64,000 nucleotides of DNA from Mobula hypostoma. Its lineage: Eukaryota. The stretch is taken from the NCBI RefSeq assembly GCF_963921235.1, contig NC_086102.1, positions 96,038,001 through 96,102,000 of the forward strand, written 5' to 3'. Both the position numbers and the translations under genes were made by a program. Of the stretch, positions 1-11,904 are shown piece by piece (positions within the stretch are counted from its first letter, which is position 1; each line of letters starts with the position of its first letter). The notes under the pieces are model-generated. The model was not told the DNA's origin. It did not search any database and saw only the letters and a list, made by a program, of their open reading frames with translations.

Positions 1-97
1 AGACTAGGATCAAATTGGGGGACTGCTGGGCGACAAGGCTCGAAGGGCTCGAAGGGCCTATTCTGCACGGTATCTCAATAAACCCGCAAATAAATAA
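1..97 (+). mobile_element. 3' end of a CR1-type LINE/SINE tail
   Basis: gaagggcctattctgcacggtatctc stem-loop-like tail followed by aataaa repeats; resembles the other CR1 3' ends in the window. Confidence 0.5.
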
Positions 98-164
98 ACA
101 ACAATATTCAATCAGGGGCATGGGGAGCAGATTCTGCAAACATGAAAAAGAGTCCCAGATGGCA

Positions 165-300
165 CGATACCTCCCAAGTGCCAGGGTCAAAGATGCTTCA
201 GGTCAGGTCACCAGCATCCTTATGTGGAAAGTGAGCTGCCGGAAGTTGTGGTACATATATTGGTACCAATGACATTGGTAAGAAAAGGGACAAGGTCCTG
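165..300 (+). mobile_element. CR1 ORF1 (SGNH esterase) fragment
   Basis: Frameshifted LPSARVKD...PEVVVHI / GTNDIGKKRDKVL, typical of the CR1 ORF1 esterase blocks. Confidence 0.65.
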
Positions 301-479
301 TTTACTTCTTTGTGTTAACTGTTTCTCTTTTGACAGATGCTGCCTGATCTGCTGCATATTTCCAGCATTTCCCTTTCATTTTCTATTTGTATTAAAGAAA
401 TCAGGTTACAGCTGTACAGGACATTGCAACACTATATACACAGAGTTTCCTTTTTTCAGGATATATACTTCCACAAGAA

Positions 480-870
480 GTAATACTTTCAAAGTAATTC
501 AGGGGACCCTGTCCCTGGATGAGAAGTCACCTAACAAAGAAAGGATGTTCCATTTGGGCCAATACTTAGTGGAATTTTGGAGGTGAAACTTTGGGGGGAA
601 TTTACAAGATTCCCTTCCTGGAGAGCCTCGAAACAGGGGACACAGTTTCGGAATAAGAAAAAGACGAAGAATTCCTTTCCTTGGGTTGTTTGAATCTGAA
701 GTTTATTTGAATGTAGTGCCAGTGATCAAGGCTGAGGCAGGTTGGTCTTCGGTGGACAGAGGAATCCAGCGTCTTGGGTAAGGGAGGGAAGTGGAACAGT
801 TGCCAGGATCCTAAGTTATTAATAATGGACCAGGCTCAAGAGTCTCAGTCTGAGCAAGTGCAGCTCCTGT
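480..870 (+). mobile_element. Highly decayed CR1 3' fragment
   Basis: Degenerate similarity to the CR1 ORF2 C-terminal/3' UTR seen at 5550-6040. Confidence 0.45.
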
Positions 871-1052
871 GAACTGCTTAGGAAATCACACCTATCCTGT
901 CCATTCAACAAACTTAAATGTTTTGCTGTAAATGTTCAGTGACATTTAAAACACATCAAAAATATACAAGCTAACTCTGAATTTGAGCTTTGTATCCTAA
1001 ACAAACACATTCAAAGACAGTGCAAAAATTGCAGCAATGGCTTCCAGTTTAC

Positions 1053-1162
1053 CTGTGGAGTAAACGAGAAGGTCTGGTTTCTGATCACGTACAACTTCGA
1101 GGTACCAAGAACGCCAATATGTCTATATGGGCGGCCACTAAGATTCAATTTCTTGTTGCATC
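1053..1162 (-). CDS. PHKA2: Phosphorylase kinase alpha subunit, coding exon (110 bp; about exon 15)
   Basis: aatag|GA TGC AAC...CCA CAG|gtaaac; encodes (G)[36 protein letters not shown]. Confidence 0.94.
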
Positions 1163-1184
1163 CTATTAGGAGATAAAATCATAA

Positions 1185-1625
1185 ACACATTAGATCCTGC
1201 AGATGCTGGCAGTCCAGAGCAACACACACAAAATGCTGGAGGAACTCAGCAGGTCAGGCAGTATCCATGGAGAGGAATAAACAGTCGTTGCTTCAGGCTG
1301 AGATCTTTCATGAGGACTGGAAAGTAGGGGGGGGGGTGAAGATACCAGAATAAGAAGGTGGGAAGAGAAGAAGGGGAACAAGTTAGAAGGTGATAGGTGC
1401 AGCCAGGTGGGTGGCAAAGTTGGGGGGGGGGGGCGCAATGTAATGAAGTAAAAATCCAGGAGGTGATAGGTGGAAAAGGTAAGGGCTAAGGAAGGAGGAA
1501 GCTGATAGGAGAGGAGAGTGGATCAAAGGAGAAAGGGAAGGAGGAGGGGCACTGGAAGAGGTGACAGGCAGGTGAGGGACAGACAGGAAGAAAGTAGAAA
1601 ACAAGAGAAATACGTGACTGAAAGA
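1185..1625 (-). mobile_element. Penelope-like element 3'/pseudo-LTR fragment
   Basis: ctgcagatgctgg...aaatgctggaggaactcagcaggtcaggcag block plus a purine-rich tract; same family as 8465-8765 in the opposite orientation; contains a decayed hammerhead-like motif. Confidence 0.6.
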
Positions 1626-1837
1626 ACAGAGTTCCACTAAGTGAACAAAACTATTAAAAACATCCTGGGTCAATAACCATACCTTGTTAATGCCAATGTT
1701 TTCTGTTTTTTTGAGTGTTTACATTTTTCTCATTCACCTAATTATCTGTTAAAATGTTTGTTGCAAATCTGTGATTTCCTCTCTCATGCTGGTATCCAGT
1801 GCTCTGTGTGAAGTTATCAGCTTTAAGCAGCACTTAC

Positions 1838-1972
1838 CCAACTTTGCATATATGTGGCTCAAGATTCTTCCTGGCTGCACTTTGATTGGAAAAACATCAG
1901 AAACAGTCTCAACTTGTAAACCATGCTTTGCCAGAATGTTCTTAATCTTTTCAGATTCAGCCAATATTGACA
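1838..1972 (-). CDS. PHKA2: Phosphorylase kinase alpha subunit, coding exon (135 bp; about exon 14)
   Basis: tttcag|TG TCA ATA...AAG TTG G|gtaagt; encodes (V)[44 protein letters not shown], seen in ORF 1749..1973. [14 protein letters not shown] is PHKA2-type. Confidence 0.94.
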
Positions 1973-2254
1973 CTGAAAAGCAAGAAAGAAACTGTTAGAC
2001 CCAGTGATGTGATTTAGCTTCAACGTTGAACATCCATTTTCCACACTAATAGACCATACATGATTTGGGAAAGGTAAGTATGGGTAGAACTTACTAAGAG
2101 GCTTGGAGAGAAGGAAATTATTAATGGCAATTTGGCTCTTTTTGACCATTCCCACATCAACTAACACTTTAAACAAACAAATACATTAAAGGCTGAATAA
2201 TTACCTCCTTTACATACTTAATATTGCTAAAAACAGATGTTCAGCTGTCTTAAA

Positions 2255-2392
2255 ACTACAAAACTTTATTATGTTTTGTACATAATTAATTATGGTTTTA
2301 TATTGCTATATTTATACTCTATTCTTGGTTGGTGCAACTGTAACGAAACCCAGTTTCCCTCGGGATCAATAAAGTATGACTATGACTATGAA
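2255..2392 (+). mobile_element. Rex1/Babar-like LINE 3' tail
   Basis: cagtttccctcgggatcaataaagt followed by an (ATGACT)n microsatellite tail. Confidence 0.55.
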
Positions 2393-2479
2393 ATGCTGTT
2401 GTGTTGGGCTGCACAGCAGCAGACCATATTGGACTGGAGTTTTTCTCAAAGTTTTTTTGTGCACTGATCAAATATATGT

Positions 2480-3150
2480 TCATTGAATGAAATTTTTTGA
2501 GAATGTGACTAGACACATTGATGAAGGAAGAGCAGTAGATCTAGTGTACATGGATTTCAGCAAGGCATTTGATAAGGTACCCCATGCAAGGCTTATTGAG
2601 AAAGTAAGGAGGCATGGGATCCAAGGTGACATTGCTTTGTGCATCCAGAGCTGGTTTGCCCACAGAAGGCAAAGAGTGGTTGTAGATGGGTCATATTCTG
2701 CATGGAGGTCGGTCACCAGTGGTGTACCTCAGGGATCTGTTCTGGGGCCTTTACTCTTCATGATTTTTATAAATAACCTGGATGAGGAAGTGGAAGGATG
2801 GGTTTGCTGATGACACAAAGGTTGGGGGTGTTGTGGATAGTGTGGAGGGCTGTCAGAGGTTACAACGGGACATTGATAGGATGCAAAACTGGGCTGAGAA
2901 GTGGCAGATGGAGTTCAACCCAGATAAGTGTGAAGCGGTTCATTTTGGTAGATCAAGTACGATGGCAGAATATAATATTAATGGCAAGACTCTTGGCAGT
3001 GTGGAGGATCAGAGGGATCTTGGGGTCCGAGTCCATAAGACGCTCAAAGCAGCAGCGCAGGTTGACTCTCTGGTTAAGAAAGCATACAGTGTATTGGCCT
3101 TCATTAATTGTGGAATTTAATTTAGAAGCCGAGAGGTAATGTTGCAGCTA
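2480..3150 (+). mobile_element. Outer CR1 LINE, 5'-truncated, left part (RT fragment)
   Basis: ORFs 2487..2810 and 2782..3120: [46 protein letters not shown]; frameshifted. Confidence 0.92.
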
Positions 3151-6042
3151 TATGGTCTTAAGGTGTTATACTTAAATGCACGCACCATAAGGAATAAGGT
3201 GGATGATCTTGTTGTACAGCTACAGATTGGCAGGTATGATATTGTGGCCATCACTGAGACCTGGCTAAAGGATGCATGTCTCTGGGAGTTGAATGTCTAA
3301 GGATACACAGTGTATTGGAAGGATAGGAAGGTAGGCAGAGGGGGTGGCGTGGCTTTATTGGTGAGAAATGATAGTAAGTCATTAGAAAGAGGTGAAATAG
3401 GATCGGAAGGGCAGAATCTTTATGGGTTGAGCTAAGAAATCACAGGAGTAAAAGGACCCTGATGGCAGTTATATACAGGCCTCCAAACAGCTGCAGTGAT
3501 GTGGACTACAAATTACAACAGGAAATAGAAAAGGCTTGTCAGAAGGGCAGTGTTATGATAATTGTGGGGGATTTTAACATGCGAGTAGATTGGGAAAATC
3601 AGGTCAGCATTGGATCTCAAGAGAGAGAATTTGTAGAATGTCTGCGAGATGGCTTTTTAGAACAGCTTGTTGTTGAGCCCACTAGGGGATCGGCTGTAAT
3701 GGATTGGGTATTGTGTAATGAATGGGAGGTGATTAGAGAGATTGCGGTGAAGGAACTCTTAGGAGGCAGTGATCATAACATGATTGAGTTCACTGTGAAA
3801 TTTGAAAAAGAGAAGCCGAAATCTGATGTGTCGGTATTTCAGTGGAGTAAAGGAAATTATAGTGGTATGAGAGAGGAACTGGCCAAAGCTGACTGGAAAG
3901 GGACACTGGCGGGAAGGATGGCAGAGCAGCAGTGGCTGGAGTTTATGCGAGAAGTGAGGAAGGTGCAAGACAGGTATATTCCAAAAAAGAAGAAATTTTC
4001 AAATGGAAAAAGGATACAACCATGGCTGACAAGAGAAGTCAAAGCCAAAGTTAAAGCAAAGGAGAAGGCATACAAGGAAGCAAAAATTATTGGGAAGACA
4101 GAGGATTGGGAAGTTTTTAAAAGCTTACAAAAGGAAACTAAGAAGGTCATTACAAGGGAAAAGATTAACTATGAAAGGAAGCTAGCAAATAATATCAAAG
4201 AGGATACTAAAAGCTTTTTCAAGTGTATAAAGAATAAAAGACAGGTGAGAGTAGATATAGGACCGATAGAAAATGATGCTGGAGAAATTGTAATGGGAGA
4301 TAAGCAGATGGCAGAGGAACTGAACGAGTATTTTGCATCAGTCTTCACTGAGGAAGACATCAGCAGTATACCGGACACTCAAGGGTGGCAGGGAAGAGAA
4401 GTGTGCCCAGTCACAATTACGACAGAGAAGGTACTCAGGAAGCTGAATAGTCTAAAGGCAGATAAATCTCCTGGACCAGATGGAATGCACCCGCGTGTTC
4501 TGAAGGAAGTAGCTGTGGAGATTGTGGAGGCGTTAGCGTTGATCTTTCAAAAGTCGATAGATTCTGGCATGGTTCCAGAGGACTGGAAGATTGCAAATGT
4601 CACTCCGCTATTTAAGAAGGGGGCAAGGAAGCAAAAAGGAAATTATAGACCTGTTAGCTTGACATCGGGGGTTGGGAAGTTGTTGGAGTCGATTGTCAAG
4701 GATGAGGTTACAGAGTACCTGGAGGCATATGACAAGATAGGCAGAACTCAGCATGGTTTCCTTAAAGGAAACTCCTGCCTGACAAACCTATTGCAATTTT
4801 TTGATGAAATTACTAGTAAGCTAGACAAGGGAGATGCAGTGGATGTTGTATATTTGGATTTTCAGAAGGCCTTTGACAGGGTGCCACACATGAGGCTGTT
4901 TAACAAGATAAGAGCCCATGGAATTACGGGAAAGTTACATACGTGGATAGGGCGTTTGCTGATTGGCAGGAAGCAGAGAGTGGAAATAAAGGGATCCTAT
5001 TCTGGTTGGCTGCCGGTTACCAGTGGTGTTCCACAGGTGTCCGTGTTGAGGCCGCTTCTTTTTACATTGTACATCAATGATTTGGATTATGGAATAGATG
5101 GTTTTGTGGCTAAGTCTGCTGATGATACGAAGATAGGTGGAGGGGCTGGTAGTGCTGAGGAAACGGAGAGTCTGCAGAGAGACTTGGATAGATTGGAAGA
5201 ATGGGCAAAGAAGTGGCAAATGAAGTACAATGTTGGAAAGTGTATGGTTATGCACTTTGGCAGAAATAATAAACGGGCAGACTATTATTTAAATGGGGAA
5301 AGATTCAAAGTTCTGAGATGCAACGGGACTTGGGAGTCCTCGTACAGGATACAATTAAGTTTAACCTCCAGGTTGAGTCGGTGGTGAAGAAGGCGAATGC
5401 AATGTTGGCATTCATTTCTAGAGGAATAGAGTAGAGGAGCAGGGACGTGATGTTGAGGCTCTATAAGGCACTGATAAGACCTCACTTGGAGTACTGTGGG
5501 CAGTTTTGGGCTCCTTACTTAAGAAAGGATGTGCTGACATTGGAGATGGTACAGAGAAGATTCACTAGAATGATTCTGGGAATGAGAAGGTTAACATATG
5601 AGGAACGTTTGTCCACTCTGGGACTGTATTCCTTGGAGTTTAGAAGAATGAGGGGGGACCTCATAGAAACATTTCGAATGTTGAAAGGCATGGACAGAGT
5701 GGATGTGGCAAAGTTGTTTCCCATGATGGGGGAGTCTAGTACGAGAGCGCCTGACTTAAGGATTGAAGGGCGCCCATTCAGAACAGAAATGCGAAGAAAT
5801 TTTTTTAGCCAGAGGGTGGTGAATCTATGGAATTTGTTACCATGGGTGGCAGTGGAGACCAAGTCATTGGGTGTATTTAAGGCAAAGATTGATAGGTATC
5901 TGAGTAGCCAGGGCATCAAAGGTTATGATGAAAAGGCGGGGGAGTGGGACTAAATGGGAGAATGGATCAGCTCATGATAAAATGGCGGAGAGGACTCGAT
6001 GGGTCAAATGGCCGACTTCTGCTCCTTTGTCTTATGGTCTTA
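3151..6042 (+). mobile_element. Inner CR1 LINE (nearly the whole ORF2: APE endonuclease + RT, inactivated) nested in another CR1
   Basis: Starts at LKVLYLNAR...ETWL; ORF 3462..5387 has GDFN, SDHN, KSPGPDG, NYRPVSL, DFQKAFD and SADD (mutated FADD); stop at 3298, several frameshifts; (TCTTATGG)n tail ending at 6042. Confidence 0.93.
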
Positions 6043-6592
6043 TACAAGACCTTGGTCAGACCCCACTTGGAGTACTGTGCTCAGTTCTGGTCGCCTCACT
6101 ACAGGAAGGATGTGGAAGCCATAGAAAGGGTGCAGAGGAGATTTACAAGGATGTTGCCTGGATTGGGGAGCATGCCTTATGAGAATAGGTTGAGTGAATT
6201 CGGCCTTTTCTCCTTGGAGCGACGGAGGATGAGAGGTGACCTGATAGAGATGTACAAGATAATGAGAGGCATTGATCGTGTGGATAGTCAGAGGCTTTTT
6301 CCCAGGGCTGAAATGGCTGCCACAAGAGGGCACAGGTTTAAGGTCTTGGGAGTAGGTACAGAGATGTCAGGGGTAAGTTCTTTCTATGCAGAGTGCGTGG
6401 AATGGGCTGCCGGCGATGGTGGTGGAGGCAGATACGTTAGGGTCTTTTAAGTGACTTTTGGACAGGTACATGGAGCTTAGAAAAATAGAGGGCTACAGGT
6501 AACCCTAATAATTTCTAAGGTAGGGACATTTTCAGCACAACTTTGTGGGCCGGAGGGCTGGTATTGTGCTGTAGGTTTTCTATGTTTCTATG
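6043..6592 (+). mobile_element. Outer CR1 LINE, right part and 3' UTR
   Basis: YKTLVRPHLEYCAQFWSPHY... continues directly from ...MLQL at 3150; tail ttctatgtttctatg. Confidence 0.92.
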
Positions 6593-7130
6593 AAATATTT
6601 CCTAAGGAAAGGACTTATACATTAAGTTTTCCCAATTATTTTCCATTTGAGAGAAATACAGCGCATGACATCATCGAATTTGGAATAAGCCTCTCTGCAG
6701 TAGAACAGATTAACATTTAATGGCATCTTCAAAATCGCTCAATGTTTTTTGGGATTACAGTTTTGCTTTTCTTGTTCTCTTCACCCTACCCTAACCATTT
6801 CATCCTCTTCCAATCACCCCCTTTATCCTGCACTGATCGCCGGTAGCTTATTGTTGTCTATGGTCAGGGCTTCAATCCTCCCACACTTAATGTTTCACAG
6901 ATGCTGCCCTGTGGTAGGAAGCAGTTTCCACTGTCGATGCTGAGCTCCAGCTGGGCAGGAGTTTTAAGCTGCAGTCAGAAAATAGCACCAGATGACATAA
7001 TATTTCATTCACTGAACAGATATTTGATCAGTGGCATCTGTTTCTCCAGCTCCAGTCCATCAACAGAATTGTTTCAGCCTGGGCTCATCCTTCTGCTCAA
7101 ACAGCAAACGTCCTTTGTTCTTGCACTGCC

Positions 7131-7527
7131 CAGCCCGATTCTCTATTCTTTACCCAGTACACCCCTTCCCGCTCTTCCACCTAACAGGCCTTTGATCAGC
7201 ATTCCAAAATCTTCATTCAAATTTCCTTCAGCCCGATTCTCTATTCTTTACCCAGTCCACCCCTTCCCGCTCTTCCACCTGACAGGTCCTTGATCAGCAT
7301 TCCAAAATCTTCATTCAAATTTCCTTCAGCCCGATTCTCTATTCTTTACCCAGTCCACCCCTTCCCGCTCTTCCACCTAACAGGCCTTTGATCAGCATTC
7401 CAAAATCTTCATTCAAATTTCCTTCAGCCCGATTCTCTATTCTTTACCCAGTCCACCCCTTCCCGCTCTTCCACCTGACAGGTCCTTGATCAGCATTCCA
7501 AAATCTTCATTCAAATTTCCTTCAGCC
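7131..7527. repeat. 98-bp tandem repeat x4 (ABAB)
   Basis: cagcc unit starts at 7131, 7229, 7327, 7425 and 7523. Confidence 0.92.
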
Positions 7528-7643
7528 AAACTACATCTTTAGCTACCGTGCATTGCTCTGAATTTTTCAACCCATTTATCTATGCTGGACATCTCTCTCC
7601 AAAAGCACTCTTAAACCTAGGGTACAACAGGTTCTGGTACATC

Positions 7644-8460
7644 GAATATAGAACAGTACAGCACAGTTACAGACATTCGGCCCACAATGTGTCTAACTAA
7701 TTACATTAGTAATTAAATGCCTAACTGAAGTAATCTCTTCTGCATTCACGGCCCATCTGAGGGCCTCATAAACACCTTAAGTACCTCTATCACATTCATC
7801 TCCACTATCATCCCTACAGACAAGCACCCACAACTCTCTACGTAAAAATCTTGCGCGTTCATCTCCTTTCAGCTTAGCTCCTATCATGTTAAATGTGTCT
7901 CCTATAGTATTACAAACCTGAACCCTGGGAAAAAAAGACACCATCTGTGCCTGTCATAATCTTATAAACTTGCATCAAGTCTCCCCTTAGCCTCTGCTAC
8001 ACCAAGCTGATCCACCCTCTCCTCATAGCACATACCCTCAAACCTAGGCAGCACCCTGACAAGCCTCTGCTATACCCCCTCCAATACTCAACATCCTTCC
8101 TACTATACAGCAATCAAAACTCAATACAGGTGTCACAACCAGAGTTTGATAATGCAGCAACATTATCAGACATTCCTCTGGTGTCACAACCAGAGTTTGA
8201 TAATGCAGCAACATTATCAGACATTCCTCTGGTGTCACAACCAGAGTTTGATAATGCAGCAACATAACACCTCGATTCAATGCTTTGACTAATAAAGGGA
8301 AGCAAGCCATTTGCCTTCTCTACCAGCCTTTCTGTGCAGCCACTTTCAGGGACTTGGACCCCAAGATCTGCCTGTACATTGACACTTACAGTGGTTTTAC
8401 CATGAACAGTGTAATGCCCCTTTACAAGTGATCTCCCAGAGTTCCACACTTCCTTGTGTT
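7644..8460 (-). mobile_element. Decayed CR1 3' fragment
   Basis: Minus-strand remnants DLGVQV...VEKANGLL.FI; tail gaatatagaacagtacagcacag on the plus strand. Confidence 0.7.
8129..8265. repeat. 51-bp tandem repeat, about 2.7 copies, with an internal inverted repeat
   Basis: Unit ggtgtcacaaccagagtttgataatgcagcaacattatcagacattcctct; appears as a 17-aa periodicity in ORFs 8044..8310 and 8114..8491. Confidence 0.9.
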
Positions 8461-8464
8461 TCTG

Positions 8465-8765
8465 TTTACCTCTGTCTCCTCCTTCACCCACCCCACCCCA
8501 CCCCTGGCTCCACCTGCCTTTCCCTCACCCCTCCATATCACCTACCTGCCTCTGTCTCCCACTCCAGCCCTCCCACAACCCACTTGCCCATCATCCGTCA
8601 CCCCTTCTCTGTCCACCTGTCACCTACTGGTCCCTGTCACCCCTTTCCCTCTCCCCCTTACATAGCCATCTCCCTCTCTACTCAGCCCGATGCAAGATCT
8701 TGACCTAAAACCACAGCAACTCCTGATGCTGCTTGACCTGCTGAGTTCCTCCAGAAAATTATGTG
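8465..8765 (+). mobile_element. Penelope-like element 3'/pseudo-LTR fragment
   Basis: Pyrimidine-rich tract then gatgctgcttgacctgctgagttcctccag, the reverse complement of the motif at 1235-1262. Confidence 0.55.
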
Positions 8766-9095
8766 ACTTTTTTTTTTGGTAAACCCTTGGTCGTCTTCCT
8801 GCTCAGTACCTTTAGCATTTGCCTCACCGTGAAATGTTTTCTTTAGAGATACATAGAGAGCACAAGTGATTGCTGTTGTCACTGGGGCACCATAATATTC
8901 AGGTATGGAACTTGGGCCATGCTTAAAAATTTTCATCAGAGATTGACAAACATTACATTTTTAACAATTTCTCCAGAAAAGGAGAGCTTAATAAGGAAAA
9001 CAAAATATATATCTTTTTCTTTTTAGCAAAACTATAGCAACGTCAAGATTATGTATCGGAGAATAGAGTTCTGATGGTGAGCATATCTCACGGAC

Positions 9096-9174
9096 CTTGG
9101 ACAACAACATCAGGCCTGCTAATGGTAGAAAGTCTTCGATTTAACGGATCAATTTCTCCAGGAGCTAGAAATCC
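9096..9174 (-). CDS. PHKA2: Phosphorylase kinase alpha subunit, coding exon (79 bp; about exon 13)
   Basis: ttgcag|GGA TTT...GTC CAA G|gtccgt; encodes [26 protein letters not shown]; ends in phase 1. Confidence 0.92.
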
Positions 9175-10707
9175 CTGCAAAACAGATGGTGACCAAATGA
9201 ATGGTAGAAGTCAATCAACATTGCCCCATGGCAAGCAAGTTGCATCTTCCATGTTATTGGGGGGGGGCGGGTGTTGCTCTGCATCAGCAAAGCTGCTGCA
9301 AGTTACGTTTCACATTGTACCTGTCTCTACATGCACTTGTGCAAATGACAATAGACTCCACTTTGACTTTCCTAATGCGATGTTATGCTCTCAGGTTGAT
9401 GACAATGAGATTAGCCTTCTGTAGGCAATAGGAAGAAATGATAAAGTCCGTGGGGAAGTTTTGCAGGTTTTATTAAAACGATCTCTGCATCAATCACCTG
9501 CATTGCACCTTCTCTGTAACTACAACACTACATTCTGCATTCTGGTACTACCTTTCCCTCTGAACTGTCTTCATGTACTGATGTATGGAATGGCATGGAC
9601 AACATTTTTCACTGCATCTTGATACGTGAGACAATAATACACCTGTTATCAGCTTGACCAATATGAAACTTGGGCATAAACAGCAGCACTTGAGAGTAAA
9701 AGTCCTGTCTCACAGGATTCATACCATTTTTAAAGGCAGCTGTCAGTTTGTACTTGGCCACAATTCTTATCTACCTGCATCTTCAGAAATCTACAAGAAA
9801 GAAGTGTGTAGAATCAGTGACTGTCAGCTTGTGGTGGATTGAAGACTGGCTAAATGTTCCCTGGCAAAGGATTTTAGAGGATGCAGGACTGCCTGAAGGC
9901 TTCAGGTGTCTCCCACTTTGCACTACACTAATAATTGAAGTACAGGTGTTGGAGAATGATTCTCAAGGTTGTGGAGAAGGAGATGGAGCGATAGCACTAA
10001 GGATATGGACTTCTGGGGGAAAATGGGGTCCAGTTTTTCAAATTATGTTCTATTTGAGAAATTGTCTCATACACTAGAACTTTACTGAAGAGAGCTGGAG
10101 GAAGTATTGAGTGTTGATAGCAACAGATTTGAACTTTTCAATGCTTCAATTTTAAAGGTATGCAACTATACTCACAAAACAGAAGCACGGGAAGATGTAT
10201 TTATTTTATTCCGAGCACAGTGATTACAGCTGTACTCTCTCAAAACATCTAAAACACTGTAGTGCAGTGAAGGAGGGGTAACAAGAGCAGAGCTGCAAGC
10301 TGATATTAATGATGTGTCCTGCTGTTATAAAATTATTGAACAGTCCCCAATAATATAAACCTCATCATGACCCTTGCATCTTATTGTTTGCCTGCTCTTC
10401 ATTTTCTTTGTAACTGTAACATTCGGCATTCTGTGATTTCTTTTCCCTTGTTCTACTTCGATCTACTTATGTGATGAAATGATCTGTCTGGATGGCGCGC
10501 AAAACTAACTTTTCACTGTAACACAATATATATGATAACTAACAAAAGCAATTGTAAAGAATAAAATCACGTTTGATTCTGAGCTGAACAGCTAAAGGCT
10601 ACTTCAATTAATCCATTTATGAAACACAAGGTGCACTACAGATTTGTCCTTTAGAAAAAAAGAGTGAAAGTACCTCACCAATATCACTAAACAGAAAAAC
10701 TGCATAC

Positions 10708-10815
10708 CTCAGAGAGGAGATTCCCAAGGATATACAAAGATTGTCCCCACATATGAGGCAATTTTCCTTTTGCAATTCTGTCCACAGAATGTGGGTTCTT
10801 GTATTCCTCATCCAC
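10708..10815 (-). CDS. PHKA2: Phosphorylase kinase alpha subunit, coding exon (108 bp; about exon 12)
   Basis: gccag|GTG GAT...TCT GAG|gtatgc; encodes [36 protein letters not shown]. Confidence 0.93.
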
Positions 10816-11127
10816 CTGGCAACAAAGATGGTTGGTAATTATACTGTGACTCATGCCCAAACTGAAAGTTCAGAACTACCAAACCATATTATGTGTAACT
10901 ATCAATAACGCCTAATGAACCGTGAAACAGCAGCAGTTTTAACAGGTGCCTAGTAACGTTGTGGAGACATCCATCTGGCAATCATTCAGAGTTTCCTCTG
11001 CAAACCTTCTGTTTTCCATGTTAAATGCTAAACCCCTAATTCCATAGAAAGGTGGATATCAATTGCAAAGGCTGGAATGGTTTAACAGTCGATCTATCAC
11101 CAACAAATCAAAGTATTTACTGACTAA

Positions 11128-11308
11128 ACGATACAGGGCGGAGTCGGCCCTCCGGCCCTTTCAGCCAGGCCAACCTAGCAACACCCAACAAACCCAATTA
11201 ACCTTAATCTAATCAGGGACAATGCACAATGACCAGTTAACCTACCGTCTTTGGACTGTGGAAGGAAACTGGAAGACCTGGAGAAAACCCACCCATTCAA
11301 TGGGAAGC
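11128..11308 (-). mobile_element. SINE fragment (chondrichthyan-type, CR1-like tail)
   Basis: gtctttggactgtggaaggaaactggaagacctggagaaaacccac core; ggccctccggccc tail. Confidence 0.65.
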
Positions 11309-11404
11309 AATATTAATAATAATGTAATAATTATTATAACCAAAACAGTAAAGGAGTTCTGCATAACACACTCATTTTATCAGACGTAACATCAGATCAT
11401 CAGA

Positions 11405-11676
11405 GAGTTAAAGGGCAAAAGTTTAGGGGTAACATGAGGGGGAACTTCTTTACTCAGAGAGTGGTAGCTGTGTGGAATGAGCTTGCAACAGAAGTGGTTG
11501 AGACAAGTTCGATGTTGTCATTTAAAAGTTAAATTGGATAGTTATATGGACAGGAAAGGAATGGGGAGTTATGGGCTGAGTGCAGGTCGATGGGACTAGG
11601 TGAGAGTAAGAGTTCGGCACGGACTAGAAGGGCCAAGATAGCCTGTTTCTGTGCTGTAATTGTTATATGGTTATAT
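11405..11676 (+). mobile_element. CR1 3' fragment
   Basis: ttctttactcagagagtggtagctgtgtggaatgagct (FFTQRVV.VWNEL); tail gttatatggttatat. Confidence 0.8.
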
Positions 11677-11808
11677 CAATTGACTAAATTACACATCCAT
11701 CCATAACTGTCAATTCAGACTGCAAACTTTCTTGGCAATAATGCTGTAATCTTGTTCAGTAAGATCATCTGCTCTGAGCTTTAGATTGGTAATGAAGGCA
11801 TTGCAAAC

Positions 11809-11904
11809 CTTTTCAGCAGGAACAGCGTACAGTTCTGGTATTAGCCGTATGCCATTCTGTTCCCTTATAAGAGTTTCTTCCAGGGCTTCTTTGTACTCTT
11901 CAAC
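11809..11904 (-). CDS. PHKA2: Phosphorylase kinase alpha subunit, coding exon (96 bp; about exon 11)
   Basis: ttacag|GTT GAA...GAA AAG|gtttgc; encodes [32 protein letters not shown]; phase 0/0, continues the previous exon. Confidence 0.93.

Noticed and set aside
1749-1973. Stand-alone 74-aa gene
   Set aside because: It is a PHKA2 exon read through into intron; the start codon uses the acceptor G.
3462-5387. 641-aa ORF as an active RT or host gene
   Set aside because: CR1 ORF2 remnant with an upstream stop and frameshift, mutated motifs (QVSVLRP, SADD) and a downstream frameshift.
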